In this document: one piece after another, positions 36,341-48,800 of the stretch
Position numbering within the stretch: position 1 is the first letter of the stretch
How the letters are laid out: every line of letters begins with the position of its first letter
Position numbers and translations under genes: made by a program
The notes under the pieces: model-generated
Databases searched by the model: none
Seen by the model: the letters and a program-made list of their open reading frames with translations, nothing else
Told to the model about the DNA's origin: nothing
Source of the DNA: Vicugna vicugna
Lineage: Eukaryota
NCBI GenBank assembly: GCA_013265495.1
Contig: MU057999.1
Span: 1-64,000 of the forward strand
Length of the DNA: 64,000 nt
Reading direction: 5' to 3'

Positions 36341-39249
36341 GAAATGTGTTTTAAGAAGAAAACTTGCACTTCTAAGGGGCAGGGGGACACATCTGGGGCA
36401 GGAGTCCAGCAAGAGAGGTTGGCCCTCAGTTAAAGCAGAGGCAGTGGGGCGGGGGAGAAGTGGGGAGCAGAGGAGGGTGACGGAACCCAGTAACTGGTGA
36501 GATTTAGAGGTGAGCCCAGCCTCTTTGTCACCTGGCTTCAAGCCTGGCAGATGATGAGGCCATTCCTTAGTCCGAGTAAACTGGACACAGAGCAAACACC
36601 AAGTCATCATCCTGGATTCAGGTCACCCATAAAAACTCTTTAAAATTGTCAGATCACAGCACAAATATCAGCACTACATTAGGGTGGAAAAATTATATAA
36701 TGATTAATAATCATTCAACCTCATGAGCTGAGGATCTTAGCTTACTTTTCATTACTGACATCACCATGAAAGTCATTTTCTTACCCACATGTAAGCTGGG
36801 GGCTGAGGAGTCTCGCAAACCCATGGGCTGTCCAGATGAGCTCAGTCCCACACACCCTGGAAACCACCAGTGCAGGGTGGACTGAATGCTAGCCCTTCAC
36901 TCACATGGACCTCATCCACCTGGGCCACTCACTCCACCAGCCTCCCATGGGCCCTAGTCTGCATCACAGTGGCAGGTCCCAGGTAATAGATTTTTGATAT
37001 GGGGCCACAATGTCCTCTGCATACAGCTGTCCCTTACCCACATCTCTCCACAGCTGCCATGTGAAGCTAAACCCTTCCAGGGCTTTGGGGTCAGTGCCCA
37101 CGAGGGCTCCTAGGCGTGGCTGGTGCCCGGGCCACACGGTGATAGCTGAGTGGACTATGAGCCCCAGACTCCCACTCCGACACTGTCTCCCTCCATGAAG
37201 GACCTGTCTCCAACCTGTCATCTTCACGGCAGGTGTGGGTGGAGGTGGAGAGATTGCCGTGAGGGCCAGAAATGGGGAAAAATGTGAGGCAGAGCAGAAG
37301 AAATTAGCTAGAGACTTGGTAGAGGGTCTTCCCAGACCTGGCGGCGTGTGTTCCACCCACGGGGCCTCCCCCTCACAGAGCCAAGCCCGAATCTGCCCCA
37401 CCGTCTGCTCTCAGCCATACACTCACATGTCCCGTCCACACCAGCACTGGGGCGCCGCTGGGTGGTTGGTGGGGCCTTGTCTGGTCCTCCTCAAGGTCAC
37501 AGAGCTGGGCCCTGAATGTGAGGCGGGAAAGATGGGGCAGAACTCACTGCCACCTCTAGGCTGCTCCAGCGGGCTGCCCACCTCTTGACGCCTGTGTTTT
37601 TCAGGAGAGCAGTCCACATGCCAGGGAAAGAATCTCTGCATCCTTGACCCACACAGCCCCCACCAGCCAGCCCAGGTCGGAGAAGGTCTGCAGCTGTCAC
37701 CAGGTGGCCCTCGGGACCGAAAAGACAAATCTACTTCCCCAAGGCTCAGGCCAGCACCCCAGTCCCAGGATGGGCCCAGCTGACTCAGACATCCCACCAG
37801 CTCAGTTACCGGAACACAGATGGGAACTGCTGTGGAGTGCTGGGAGGGGCCTGCCCACTGAGGGGCCCAGGCCTCCTCCTGATGCTGGGAAGGGGGCCAG
37901 GCTGTCCTGGTCCAGTGTCCCTTCTCTGCAAGGGCCTGGGGAGAGGACCCTGCCCTTCCCCTGCACCCCCTGCCCACAAAGCCCCCCATTACTGGCCTGA
38001 CCGTGGGGTGCACAGCCCTTAGGCCCTGTGGTGACAAGAGGAACAGCTGGACAGGGGAAGAGCTGCATCTGTCTGATCCTTGTTTCCTTTTGTTCTGTTT
38101 TCACAAACCAGAAAACCCAGCCCATCCTTCCTGAAGGGTGGACAAGCATGGGGCGCCAGGGGCTTGGCTCTCATTGCGCATCCCACCCTGCCGCCCATGC
38201 TCAGAAAAGCAGCTCTGGCCTGGGAGCTCTGCCAGTTCCTACCTGAGCCCTGAGGGGCCGGCTGGCTCACCGTAGGCTAAATGAGGAAACACGTGAAAAT
38301 CCCATTTCAAACCGTCCCCCAAAAGATTCAGACGGTAATTAAGAAATATGCAAAGCTCTTCATTGGACACTTTAATTAAGTGTGTTAAATCCCTCTGCCA
38401 GAGGATGCTCAGCCACCTGGGCCTCACCGGGGGACCCGGGGAAGACAGAACAGACGAGGGAGGAGGAGGAGGGGTCGCGGGCCAGTGGTGGGGGCTGGTC
38501 TGGCCCTGGCCTTTTCTCCTCCTCCAGTTGCGAGCCTGGCCCATTCCTGACCTTCTCGCTTGCCCATTGTCCTCCACCTGCCCCATCTCCTCTGTCTAAG
38601 CCCAGCGATGCCAGGGAGGCCTGCCCTGCGTCAGGGGCCGCCAGGTGTCCTCCACTCCCTGCTCCCCACCGACATGCACCTCAGCTCCGCCGCTCACCAG
38701 GCTAAGAGGACCAGGGAGGTCAGGCTAGATGGTCTTCAAGGCCTGCTTCCGCTTTCAGGTGAGTGGCAACACTTCCCAAGCCTGGAATGTGGCTGGATGC
38801 AAGTACCCAAGGAGGCCTCATTGCTGGCTGTGGGCGGAGTCCTCTGACCTTGGACCTCACTAACCTTCAGATATTTCATCCCAGCCATCCCCACTTCCAC
38901 CCTCACCTGGCCTGGAAGTCTGAGAGATCAAGAAGGGGCCGAGGGGCACAGCAGCCAGAAAGGGTGCCCCGCCCGGAGGGAGAGGCTGCGCTGCCTGCAT
39001 GACTGCTGTGCACAGGGGTGCTCACACTCATTTGATAGCCCACGTTAACCCTTTCCTTTTTATTTTCCCCCAAAAAGGATCACGGTGATTTCTGAAGATA
39101 TAACTGTTTAAAATAATATCAGGGTATAGCAGCCACCAATAACAATAGTGAACAGCTACCCAGTCCCTCTGAATACCCCTACTGTGTCTGGGGAGGTCCA
39201 AAGCCATCCTCCCCAGTGCAGGAGCTTCTCTTGCAGCTCTGTTGGAGGC

Positions 39250-39585
39250 ACATGACCTAAGCTTTTGCCATCAGATGCTCACATGACACTCACCAGAAAT
39301 GACGAACATGAATCTAGTGACGGTGGGATGCCCCTGGATTCCACACAAAGGGGTGGCCATGATGTGGGTTTCAGCATCAGCCTTGCCGGTACCCACCACA
39401 GGGACTGTATCTCCCCCTGGACCAGTCCTGATGTGACTCAGGCTGCTGCTCCAAGCCTGGTTCTCTGGCCCTCCCGGAGACTCTGAACTGCCCAGTCATC
39501 CCTCTCATATATTCACTGTCTGCTCAAATCAGCTGCATAGCAAGAGCAGATTTCTCTTATTTGCAACTAAGAATTCTGAGGGAGA
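39250..39585 (+). mobile_element. MaLR LTR fragment (MLT1K/L-like 3' end)
   Basis: 3' motif gatttctcttatttgcaactaagaattctga. Confidence 0.45.
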
Positions 39586-40009
39586 TACAAGGCACAGGAT
39601 AAATAAGCTAAAAAGAGAAGACTGGAGCAAAAAGTTTGTCTGGATATATATCTTACCCAGTCACTGAGGTCAGACTAATTGCCTGAGCTCCCTGGCAGTC
39701 AAAGCAAAAAAAAAAAAAAAAAAAAAATCACAGTCTTCATGAAAAAAACCCAAACTAGTTGCTGAAAACGAGCTTTATAAGAGTTGGGTAGCAGAAAGTT
39801 CTTGCAAAAGGTCTAGCATGCAGAAATCCTGCAGCCCGTTAAAGGGCAAATTTATGTTTATATAACTAATTGGATGAATATCATGGATGAAACTTAAGGA
39901 TGCCAACTGGAATGACAATAACCCCTACCCAAGCCAATGTCTGCAGTTATGGGCTCAAACCAGTGTCCCTCGCAAACAAATGATTAAATGAAAAAGCAAA
40001 GGCACAAGA

Positions 40010-42070
40010 CGTTAGCTTCTGGTCAACATCAAGCAACAGGGACCAGATTTACCTTCTCACTGGGAACAACCAAAAGACAGACAAAATATACGAGAAAATG
40101 ATTTTCAAGACAGTACATCAGGCAGTGAAAGACAGTAAACCCTGAGAGACATGAAACAGATGAGTGAGCGCCCCCCACGACTTCCCCCAAATTGTTGCTT
40201 TGAGAAAATTTCAGGACACGACACATGGAGTGGGGAGCAGGTGAAATCTGGAAGACTCCTTAAGTTGAGGAGATAGAGCTAAAAGTCCAGAGAAAACAAG
40301 GCAGCAGAAGGTCACAAGACAGAGTACCAGAGAGGAGGCACAGAGAACACCAGAGGTCTGCAAAGCGGCCAAAGTCTTCAGCTGAGGATCGATCAGCAAA
40401 TGTGTGTAAAGAAATGACTCAAGTCTTGGGAAAGAACCACCCAAATGGATTAAAGGAAAACCATGCCTGGCATCCACACAGGCCTGGGGAGAGTGCCTGT
40501 TCCTACCAACTCGAGGGAAAAGCGTCCTCATTCATAGGACATGGGAGTTAATTCAGAAGGGCTGTGCCTCAGGAGGGGGAAATAATTAGCCCAGGACTGA
40601 GCCCCACTCCAGGCCCAGCTAACAAACCCTAAGGATATTTATAGGAATACAAAACCAATCCAACACACAACACAGCAAAGTTCACGATGCCTAGCATCCA
40701 ATAATAAATTACCAGGCTAAAGAAGCAATAAAGTGGGTCCCTAATGAGGAGGGGGAAAAAAATCAATCAAAATCAACCCCAAACTGACCCAGATGTTAGA
40801 ATTAGCAGACAGACATTAGAAAACAGCTATTATGACTGCATTTCATATGTTCAAACAGTTAAACAGAGATGTGGAAGGACATTAAGAAAGACACAAATCG
40901 ACCTCCTAGAAGGAAAAAAAATGCAACATGGGAGATGAAAAATACACTAGATGTGGTTGGCAACAGATTAACTGCAGAAGAAAAGATCAGTGAACTTGAA
41001 GACACAGTAAAATCTAAAATAAAACACAGAGTAAAAAGAATAGAAACTGCTGATTGGAACACCAGTGAGCTGTTGGATGCCATCAAGTGGACTAACATGC
41101 GTGTAACTGGAGTCACCGAAGGACTGGTGGGGGCAGGGGGTAACAGAAAAAAATTTGGAGAAATAATTACTGAAAATATTCCACATTTGAGAGAAAATAT
41201 AAATCCTCAGATCCAAAAAGTTCAATCTACTGCAAGCAAAGGGAACATAAAAGAAAGCACACCAAGGCACATCATAATCAAATGGCACAGAATCAGGAAG
41301 GAATGGGGAAAAAAGTAAAAATAAAAGTAGTCAGGGGGGAAAAAAAAGACACATTTTATTGAGAGAAACAAAGACAACAAATAAATATAAAGAAGACTGC
41401 AATTTTTTCCTCAAAACAAGGCAAGCAAGAAGACAATGGGGCACTATTGGTAAAGCGCGGAAAGAAAAACCCATTGACCTAGAATTCTGTAACTTTCTAG
41501 ATAAATACTATCTAACGTCTTTCAAAAACAAAGATGAAATAAAACCTTTCCCAAATACTCAAAAGCTGACAGAATTCATTACTAGCAGACCCTCACAACA
41601 AGAAATGTAACAGGTAGTCCTCCAGGAAAAAGTCAAATGATACCAGATGGAACTGTGGACTTACGTAACAGGACGTGGAACACAGGGAGCGGTCCCTCCA
41701 CGGGTAAGCATGTAAGATTTCTTTTGTTATCATTTAAATCTCTTTAAAAGATAACTGCTTAAACCAAAACAACAAAAATACATTGGACCACAGACCTAAG
41801 GAAATATAGAAAATCTTTGTTACCTTCTTAGAAACCATTCAAACCCAAAGAAATGCAGAAGCCATGCAAACCCGAAGAAAATGAAGTGACATCTCCAAAG
41901 TCCTGGAGGAAAAATAGTGTCAACACAGATTTCTATACCCAGCAGAAGGCTTTCAAAAATGAAGGTGAAATAAAGAAGTCAGATGCCAAGACAATTTATT
42001 GCTCTCAAACCTACAGCACCAGAAAGGAGGTTCTTTGGGCAGAAGGAACAGGGCATCCACACACTCACAC
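40010..42070 (+). mobile_element. Ancient L1M 5' UTR plus degenerate ORF1
   Basis: ORF 40869..41318 (EMKNTLD..RLTAEEKISELED..IKWTNMRVTGV..EIITENIPHL..INPQIQ..STPRHIIIK) and ORF 41359..41610 (SFKNKDEIKPF..KLTEFITSRP) resemble the L1 ORF1p coiled-coil, RRM and CTD, broken by stops and frameshifts. Confidence 0.9.
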
Positions 42071-42099
42071 TTACATCACGCAGGGTCAGTACACACCCC

Positions 42100-42240
42100 A
42101 TACAGTCTGACAGACCTGCATTTTAATCCTGGTTCTGCCACTTATCTGCTGTGTGATCCTGGGTTAGTTACTATCCTCTCTGAGGAGTCCTCATTTGTAC
42201 AAGGGGCAGAAGTGCCTACCTTACAGAAGTGCTATGAGTC
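42100..42240 (+). mobile_element. MIR fragment (followed by an L1 3' tip at about 42245-42370)
   Basis: cagacctgcattttaatcctggttctgccactta..gctgtgtgatcctggg..cctcatttgta. Confidence 0.65.
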
Positions 42241-42599
42241 CCACGAGAGCGGCAAGAAGTTAACATTCTGGGTGAAAGGCATAAATAAAGTCTTTATACT
42301 ATTCTTGCAACTTTCTATAAGCCTAAAATTACATCAAAATAAAAAGTTAATGGAAAAAAGAAACAAAGAAACGTGGTTTTTTTAAATTATGCACACACAT
42401 GTACACATGTGTATTATATCCATGTCTCAGGGATTCCAAGCACATCCAGGAAATGGCTTGTTCTGATTACTTAAACACTCTAGACAACATGAAATTTTCT
42501 TAAGGAACCAGAATGTACTTGCACGTGGCACCAATAGTCTTCACAAAGAACTAGGACCTAGCGGGGCACTGGGGAACTGCTGTGAGCCCTCCTAACCAT

Positions 42600-42602
<3 letters not shown>

Positions 42603-42636
<34 letters not shown>
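42603..42636 (+). repeat. (AC)17 microsatellite
   Basis: Read directly. Confidence 0.95.
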
Positions 42637-42638
<2 letters not shown>

Positions 42639-44801
42639 AATTCAGCAGGCACCAGAAGCTCTGGTTGGGGTCCGGGGGACTCTCTAGTCCCCCTGGTGTC
42701 TTAGCTGTGAAACTGAGATCCTGGTCAAGAATGACATCTTTAGGATTTCTTGAAAACCACCTGGGATTTGACCACACAGCTCGTGTGGGCTGCAGAGCTC
42801 CTCCCAACCACAGTCAGCCCACCATCTCAAACACTCTTGGCAGCTTCGAAAAGGCACAGGACCCCCTCTCCAGGCTCCAACAGCAGCACCAGTGCCTGCT
42901 AGTTCTGAGTGCTAGCCACCCTCCGCTCCCAGGTGGGACAGAAGCCCCCACCCGCAGTGCACACACAGTTACCCTCCAGGCTGGCTTCCCTGGACGGCCA
43001 GACCCAGGTGGGCAGGATGCACTTCATTTCAAATGGCTTGAGGCTCAGCTCAACTCCAGCCAGACCCCACGCTGGCCAGTCATGTCATGTGTCTGAGTAG
43101 CTGCATGAGTGCTAGGAAGAATTAACTCCTAGTGAGGATGTGTATGTTTGAGAGAAGGAGGAAGCACATGCTGAATTCCCCACCGCCAGCTTGACCTTTT
43201 GACAAGGCTGGTATTAATGCAATATGGTAGTTTATTTAACTGAGAGGAACTCTTGGCCCATCCACAGCATGGAGGTTGGCAAAGTAATATACATGCTCAC
43301 ATTTATGCTTTTTCTCCCAAGGCAAATTGCTGGCAGTGTTGATGTTAAAACTTCACCCATAGGGAGGAGAGTTGGGCAGGGACAACGGGTAAACAGTGCT
43401 GAGAGGCACAGCTTGTGTTTCCCAGATGGTCAGTTGAGGTCCAGTCAGAGGGGCCTTGTGACAATGGACCCACAGCTCCCATCCAAAGGGGCCCAGCTGT
43501 GACCTGGCCATGAGGCCAAGCTTGTCCAGGCAGGTGGAAGGTGGCCTCTAGGTCCCGGGCTGCTGGAGGCAGGGCATCCTTTGGAGGAAGCCTGGGCTGG
43601 CCAACCGCGGGTGCCGACTTTACAGCCTCCATGAGCACAGCGAGCTGCTCCCCGCATTGACCTCTTCCTGTCCCTGCACACATCCTCACACAGCCTGCTC
43701 TCTCTGTTCTCCTTTTGCTGCTCTACCAAGGAGGACGGGGTGCAATCCCAGCCCCTGCAGGTCCAGAGCTAGCTGGTGAGGGGAGAGTGGACGTGGAGAC
43801 CTCCCCATTCAGCCAAGAGGAAGAAGACCCCTCCTGCCTTAGGATGGGCTCAAGGGCACCTGCTCAGGATTCAACTTCCAGATGAAGTTTAGAGATGAGG
43901 ACCATTGTTTCTGGGGTGGAAAACACACTCTCGATCTCTGGGACCCTGGGCCTGAAACGGCACAGGACCACCCAGCAGGCAAGGAGGAGCTCTATGTCTC
44001 CAGCCTTTGTGGACCAGAGATGACTGCTGGCCAGGCACTGTGGTGGCCAGAGAACCAGCCTAGGAGAACAAGGATGTGGGTCAATATCCAGGTCTGCGCC
44101 TGGACTTGGATGCCCCGGTACCACAACAAGGAGATGTAGCCAGGCTCACCTGTCCCCACGTCACAAGCTCCAGCTCCTTAAGCAGGCCTTCTCAAAAGCA
44201 GCATCACAGATGGTGTGAACTATCGAAGACTCTGGAACCAACCTGGCCCAAGCCTCTCACTGAGCTGAGGACATGTGAGGTCAAAGAAGAGGGATCACTT
44301 GCCCAAGATCACACAGCACTGGGGTCACAGGCAGACAGCATCTCTCCTGGTGCACAGCCAAGGGCTCCACCCCTGAGCCCACAGGCTTACCAAAGTGCGC
44401 ACACGACAGGAAGATCCCACCTCCTGGGCCCCAGTGGAAACACACAACACGGGAGGAGCAGCAGAGATTAAACCAAACTAAGGCCCCAAAGCCCAAAGAC
44501 AGATCAGAGTGGCCTCAGAATACCAAGCCATGGCAAGAAGGCACCTAGAGATTGTCTGATCCAGTAACAGAGAGAAAAATCAGAGGCCCAGGAGGCAGGT
44601 GGGTTTGCTCAAGGCCACACGAAGGGAGAGCAGTAGCAGAACCAAGACTCCCAGGGGCCTCCCTCGGGCCTGCTTCAGGTGGCCCCAGCCAGCTGCTTAA
44701 CTGGGGACAGGTCACAGCCCCTCCTGGAGGCTCCAACTCCTTGTCTACAAGAGGAGGGCATCGCTAAGATGTATCCTCCCTGGAAAATCTTCACCCCCAT
44801 C

Positions 44802-45337
44802 TGTATTAGTTATCTTCTGCTGTGTAACAAACATCACAAAGTTAGTGGATCAAAACAGCACACATTTCTTATGTCACTGTTCCTGTGGAGCAGGAGTCTG
44901 GGCTCGGCTTTTCTGGGTCCTCTGCTCAGTCTTACAAGGCTACAATCGTGTCCTGGCTGAGCTCCGTGTCTCTCAGGAGCCCACGGTCCTCCTCCAAGTT
45001 CCTGTCTGTGGTTGTTGACAGAATTCAGTTCCTTGTGGCTGGAGGACTGAGTCTCTGTTTTCCTGTGGGCTGCCAGCCAGGGGCTGCTTTTTCCCTAGAG
45101 GCCACCCACAGTTCCTAGCCACGTGACCCGCTCATTGCCCTCTCACCACACGGCAGTTCACTTCTTCAAGGCCAGTAGGAGGAGTTTTCTAAAGAAACAA
45201 CCATGGGACTGACAGCCCCTCATCTCTGCCCTACAATACTGGCAAGAGGCAAGTGTTAGGTTCCACCTGCACTCAGAGGGAGGGGACCAGACAAGGGGGT
45301 GTCCCATTCGGGTCACCTTAGGTCACATCTGCTACAC
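44802..45337 (-). mobile_element. MaLR solo LTR (MLT1E/F/G-like)
   Basis: Starts tgtattagttatcttctgctgtgtaacaaa; contains gttgttgacagaattcagttccttgtggctg and gaggccacccacagttcct. Confidence 0.85.
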
Positions 45338-48300
45338 TATCTCACATTCCTAAAAGATGCCCCTCTTCTCTTCACTCTGCCTCCGCCTCCTCTCCCACAG
45401 TGGGGCGAGGTGGCTGATCACCTGCAACAGAGCCTCACAGGTCTCTCTGCCTTAGACTGAAGCCACCAGCCAGCCTGGGCAGAGGCTGTAGGAGGGCAGG
45501 GGCTGTGATGACCTCCCCACGCATTTCCCACAGCACTCCCAGCCCTCCCCTGAGCTGAGGTGGGTAGATGAGCAGACACTGCTGTCTAGACCTGAACTCT
45601 GGCTTCGAGCGACCCTCGAGCTGCGTGATGGAGGCAGGGGAGGAGCTGAGTTCTTCTGGCTCAGCACCTGGAGTCCTGCCCTCTGATGACGCAGGTAGGA
45701 GAGGACCAGGGTGGGAGGGCCAGCTGGGAACCTCTCCAGGCCTGCACTTTACATTCTGATCTGGGCAGCAGCCTCAAGTGCGTTGGCTGGATGTGGAGGA
45801 GAAAAAGGGGGTGCTTCATGAATTAGAATCAGAGGAGAATTTCCGGATCCTGGTGTGACAAGTAGGATCTGTTAATATCCTAAAAATAAGTGGCTAATCT
45901 GGGAGTGGCTTTTTTCTCCCTAAAAAGAAACCTTTCTCAGAGGAGCTCTCTACACAGAGAAGAACAGAACCAAAGATCTCCTGCCCTCAAGGCTTGACCC
46001 TATTCATGGCAGCCCAGTCTGGGAACGGCAGGGTCCCTGTGGGGCAGAGTGGACCGGCCTCGGGGAGGGAGAGGCAAGGCTCAATCTGCTCGTGGAAGCC
46101 CAGCGTCTGCAGCACTGCGGCAGTGGAGCTGATGATGCCCTCCCTCATCCCCCAGGAAGAGGCGAGATCCCTTCTCCACCCCTGCTCTGCCTGGCTGGGG
46201 TCGTCAGCCCTCCTTACAGCTGTAGCCCCCATCGCTCATCTGGTCCTCCACACAGATACAGAATTGGTCCCATCACTCCTGTGCCCCAATACCAATCAGT
46301 GCCTCCATGGGATCCTCCAGCCTTTAATTCTTTTTGGTCAGGACCCCAGGATGGACACTACCACTCCCTGGAGCCCTGTACCACTGGGCTTTCCCAAGGC
46401 CGCAGCGCGTGGCCTGCTGGCCCTGCAGCGGGGACACATGTACATCTGTCTGTCTGGTGGGCGCGTCTCCCCAGCACCTCAGTGTTCTCATGGCTCTCTT
46501 TCCCTCATACCTCCCTGACTCCCCTGGTTCTCCTCTCCCAGCCCTCTTGCTCCACTGGACCAGGAAATACACAAGAAACGTCTGTTCTGAATCCTTCACT
46601 TTATTCCTTCAGTTTGAGCCACGTTTACTCCCCGTTCATCAACAGGGCCATTTTCTCTACCTCTCTCGGAATCTGCACACGGCCCCTGGAGGGGACTGTT
46701 TCCTGTGGGGAGGCCACACCTGCAGCTGTCCAGTCCTGAACCAGGGATGCATCTCTTGGTCCTGCCTCCGCCCCAAGGGTGGGGACAACCAGGGGACCAG
46801 CAGGGGTTTGAACAGATCAAAGCTGAGCTGGGCTGCTTGTGACCAACTTCCAGGCCATTTTCTCTGTGCCAGGAACCCTGGGCAAGGGTGACACCTCTGC
46901 TGAGTATCAACTTGAGGGCACAGGTCCCCTCAGCCGTCCTGACCTCATAGACAACTACTGTGGCCCTGCTCAAAGGGGACATTGCAACTGACAGTGATGC
47001 ATAATTAGGATATTCTCCCCCCACCAGCTACACTGGCAAAGGAATCCCCAGGTGGGGCTCGGTAACCTCTATGAGCACTGCTTGGGCAGATGACAGGAGG
47101 GGCAGGGAGCAGAGGCCACCAGGGCTTTGGAGGCAGGGGTTTCAGGCCTGGAGAACAGCTCATCGGACCATGAGCGGGCCTGCAGGCAGGGGACCGAACA
47201 GCCTGCCCCTCTGCACGGGGGCTGGGTTCAGGGTGGCAGCCCCCTGCCTCCCCGTGGCTCCCACCTTTTGCGTTTTGTGCAGCTGGCTTAAGGTTGGGTT
47301 TCTGTGTCCAAGGAGGGAGGTTCTTTCCCACATAGTCCTCCCTCAAGTCCTCAGAGCCCCCTGCGCTTGCTGGGGAGCCGGAAGCCAGCAGAGAAGAGCA
47401 AGGGAATCCACAGAAGAAAGCAAAAGTCAGGTGTGTGCTGGAGGAGGAGCCCACCAAGGGGGCAGTGACAGGAGGCTGCACAAGAGGGCACGGGAGCTCA
47501 CAGACCTGGTGACAGAGGGTGGAGGGAGCCCCCACACCCAGCGGCCAGACGGGGCTGGCGAAGCTTGCACACCCAAGGACCACGGGCCTGGGGAGATTAC
47601 ACGCCCGATGGCCAGCTTCTCACCAGGGGGCACATCCCGCCCTGAGCAGGTGGCAGAGGGGAAGAGTCCGGCAGGACTGCCAGCAGTCCAGGAGCACCCA
47701 GGCAGGACAGAAGCGGTCAGGAAACCCAGGTCACTGTAAAGGCTGGAAGGACAGAGGGGCTGAAGGTGGCCAGTCTGGGTCCACCTGAAGACAGTGTGGC
47801 CTTGCAGAGAAGGACAAAAGCCCCTCCCCTACAGCCCTTCATTGTTTCTGAGTCCTCACTCGACAGAGAAACAATCAAGGAAATATGCATCCCCAGTGGA
47901 GCTGAGCTTGAGGGCCAGAAGGAAGTTCAAGCTCACCTCTCACAAGCCTTCCTCTAAATGCCATCCTCTGCATGTTCCCAGCTGGCCTGGTTCAGGCCAC
48001 CTGGATTGCCTGCCTGCAACTGGGCCACATCCTCATCTTCCAACCCATGTGCATGTCTCTCCTTGGCTGAAACCCCCCAGTGGATCCCGCTGCCTGCAGG
48101 GAAGACCCATACTCCTGTGTGTGGACACAAAGCCCCAGGAACCTGGATTCAACTCCTCTCACCACGCTCCCACAACCCACGCCAAGGTCCAGCCACCGTA
48201 AACCACCCTCGATTCCCCAGGAGGACCATGCCCTTCACAGCCCTCGGCCTTGGCACAGCCAGGCTTCCTCTGCTCACAATGCCTCCCCTTGCCTGCCAGT

Positions 48301-48669
48301 GAATTCTGTTCACTGGGCACTACCTCCTCCAGGAAGCCTTCCCTGATTCCTCCAGGAGACCATGCCCACAGCCTTGCTGTGTACTTAATGTTCCTATTGA
48401 CACTGGCTGAGACTTACTACCTACTTACGTTGGGCCAAGCACTGTCCTACGAACAGCGCTACAGAATCTCTAGCCTGCAGTCCCCTGGGCCGTGTCCTCG
48501 GGGAAGGCCAGAAGCAGTGAAGCTGAGGTGCTCTGCTTGTGAGCAGCTGTGGGGCCACACAGCAGGTTTGGGTGAGTCTGCCCCTCCCTGCTGGGCAGGG
48601 CAGCAGGGAAAACACCAACCGACAGTGGACTCAGAGAGCTGGGGGCTCTTCTCAGCTGAGTACTAACGG

Positions 48670-48800
48670 CTTCTGGGTCCTGCACTCTGTGTGACTGCCG
48701 ATGCCTCTCAGAGCCCCACTTCCCTCATCTGTAATATGGGATAAGCAGCCCCACCTGTCAGATCACAGGGACGCGTGTCCTGCCACTCACTACACAAAAA
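48670..48800 (+). mobile_element. MIR fragment
   Basis: tgtgtgact..cctctcagagccccacttccctcatctgtaatatggggataa. Confidence 0.6.

Noticed and set aside
40869..41610. Domesticated L1 ORF1-like gene
   Set aside because: Fragmented by stops and frameshifts and embedded in a decayed L1; no sign of an intact reading frame.
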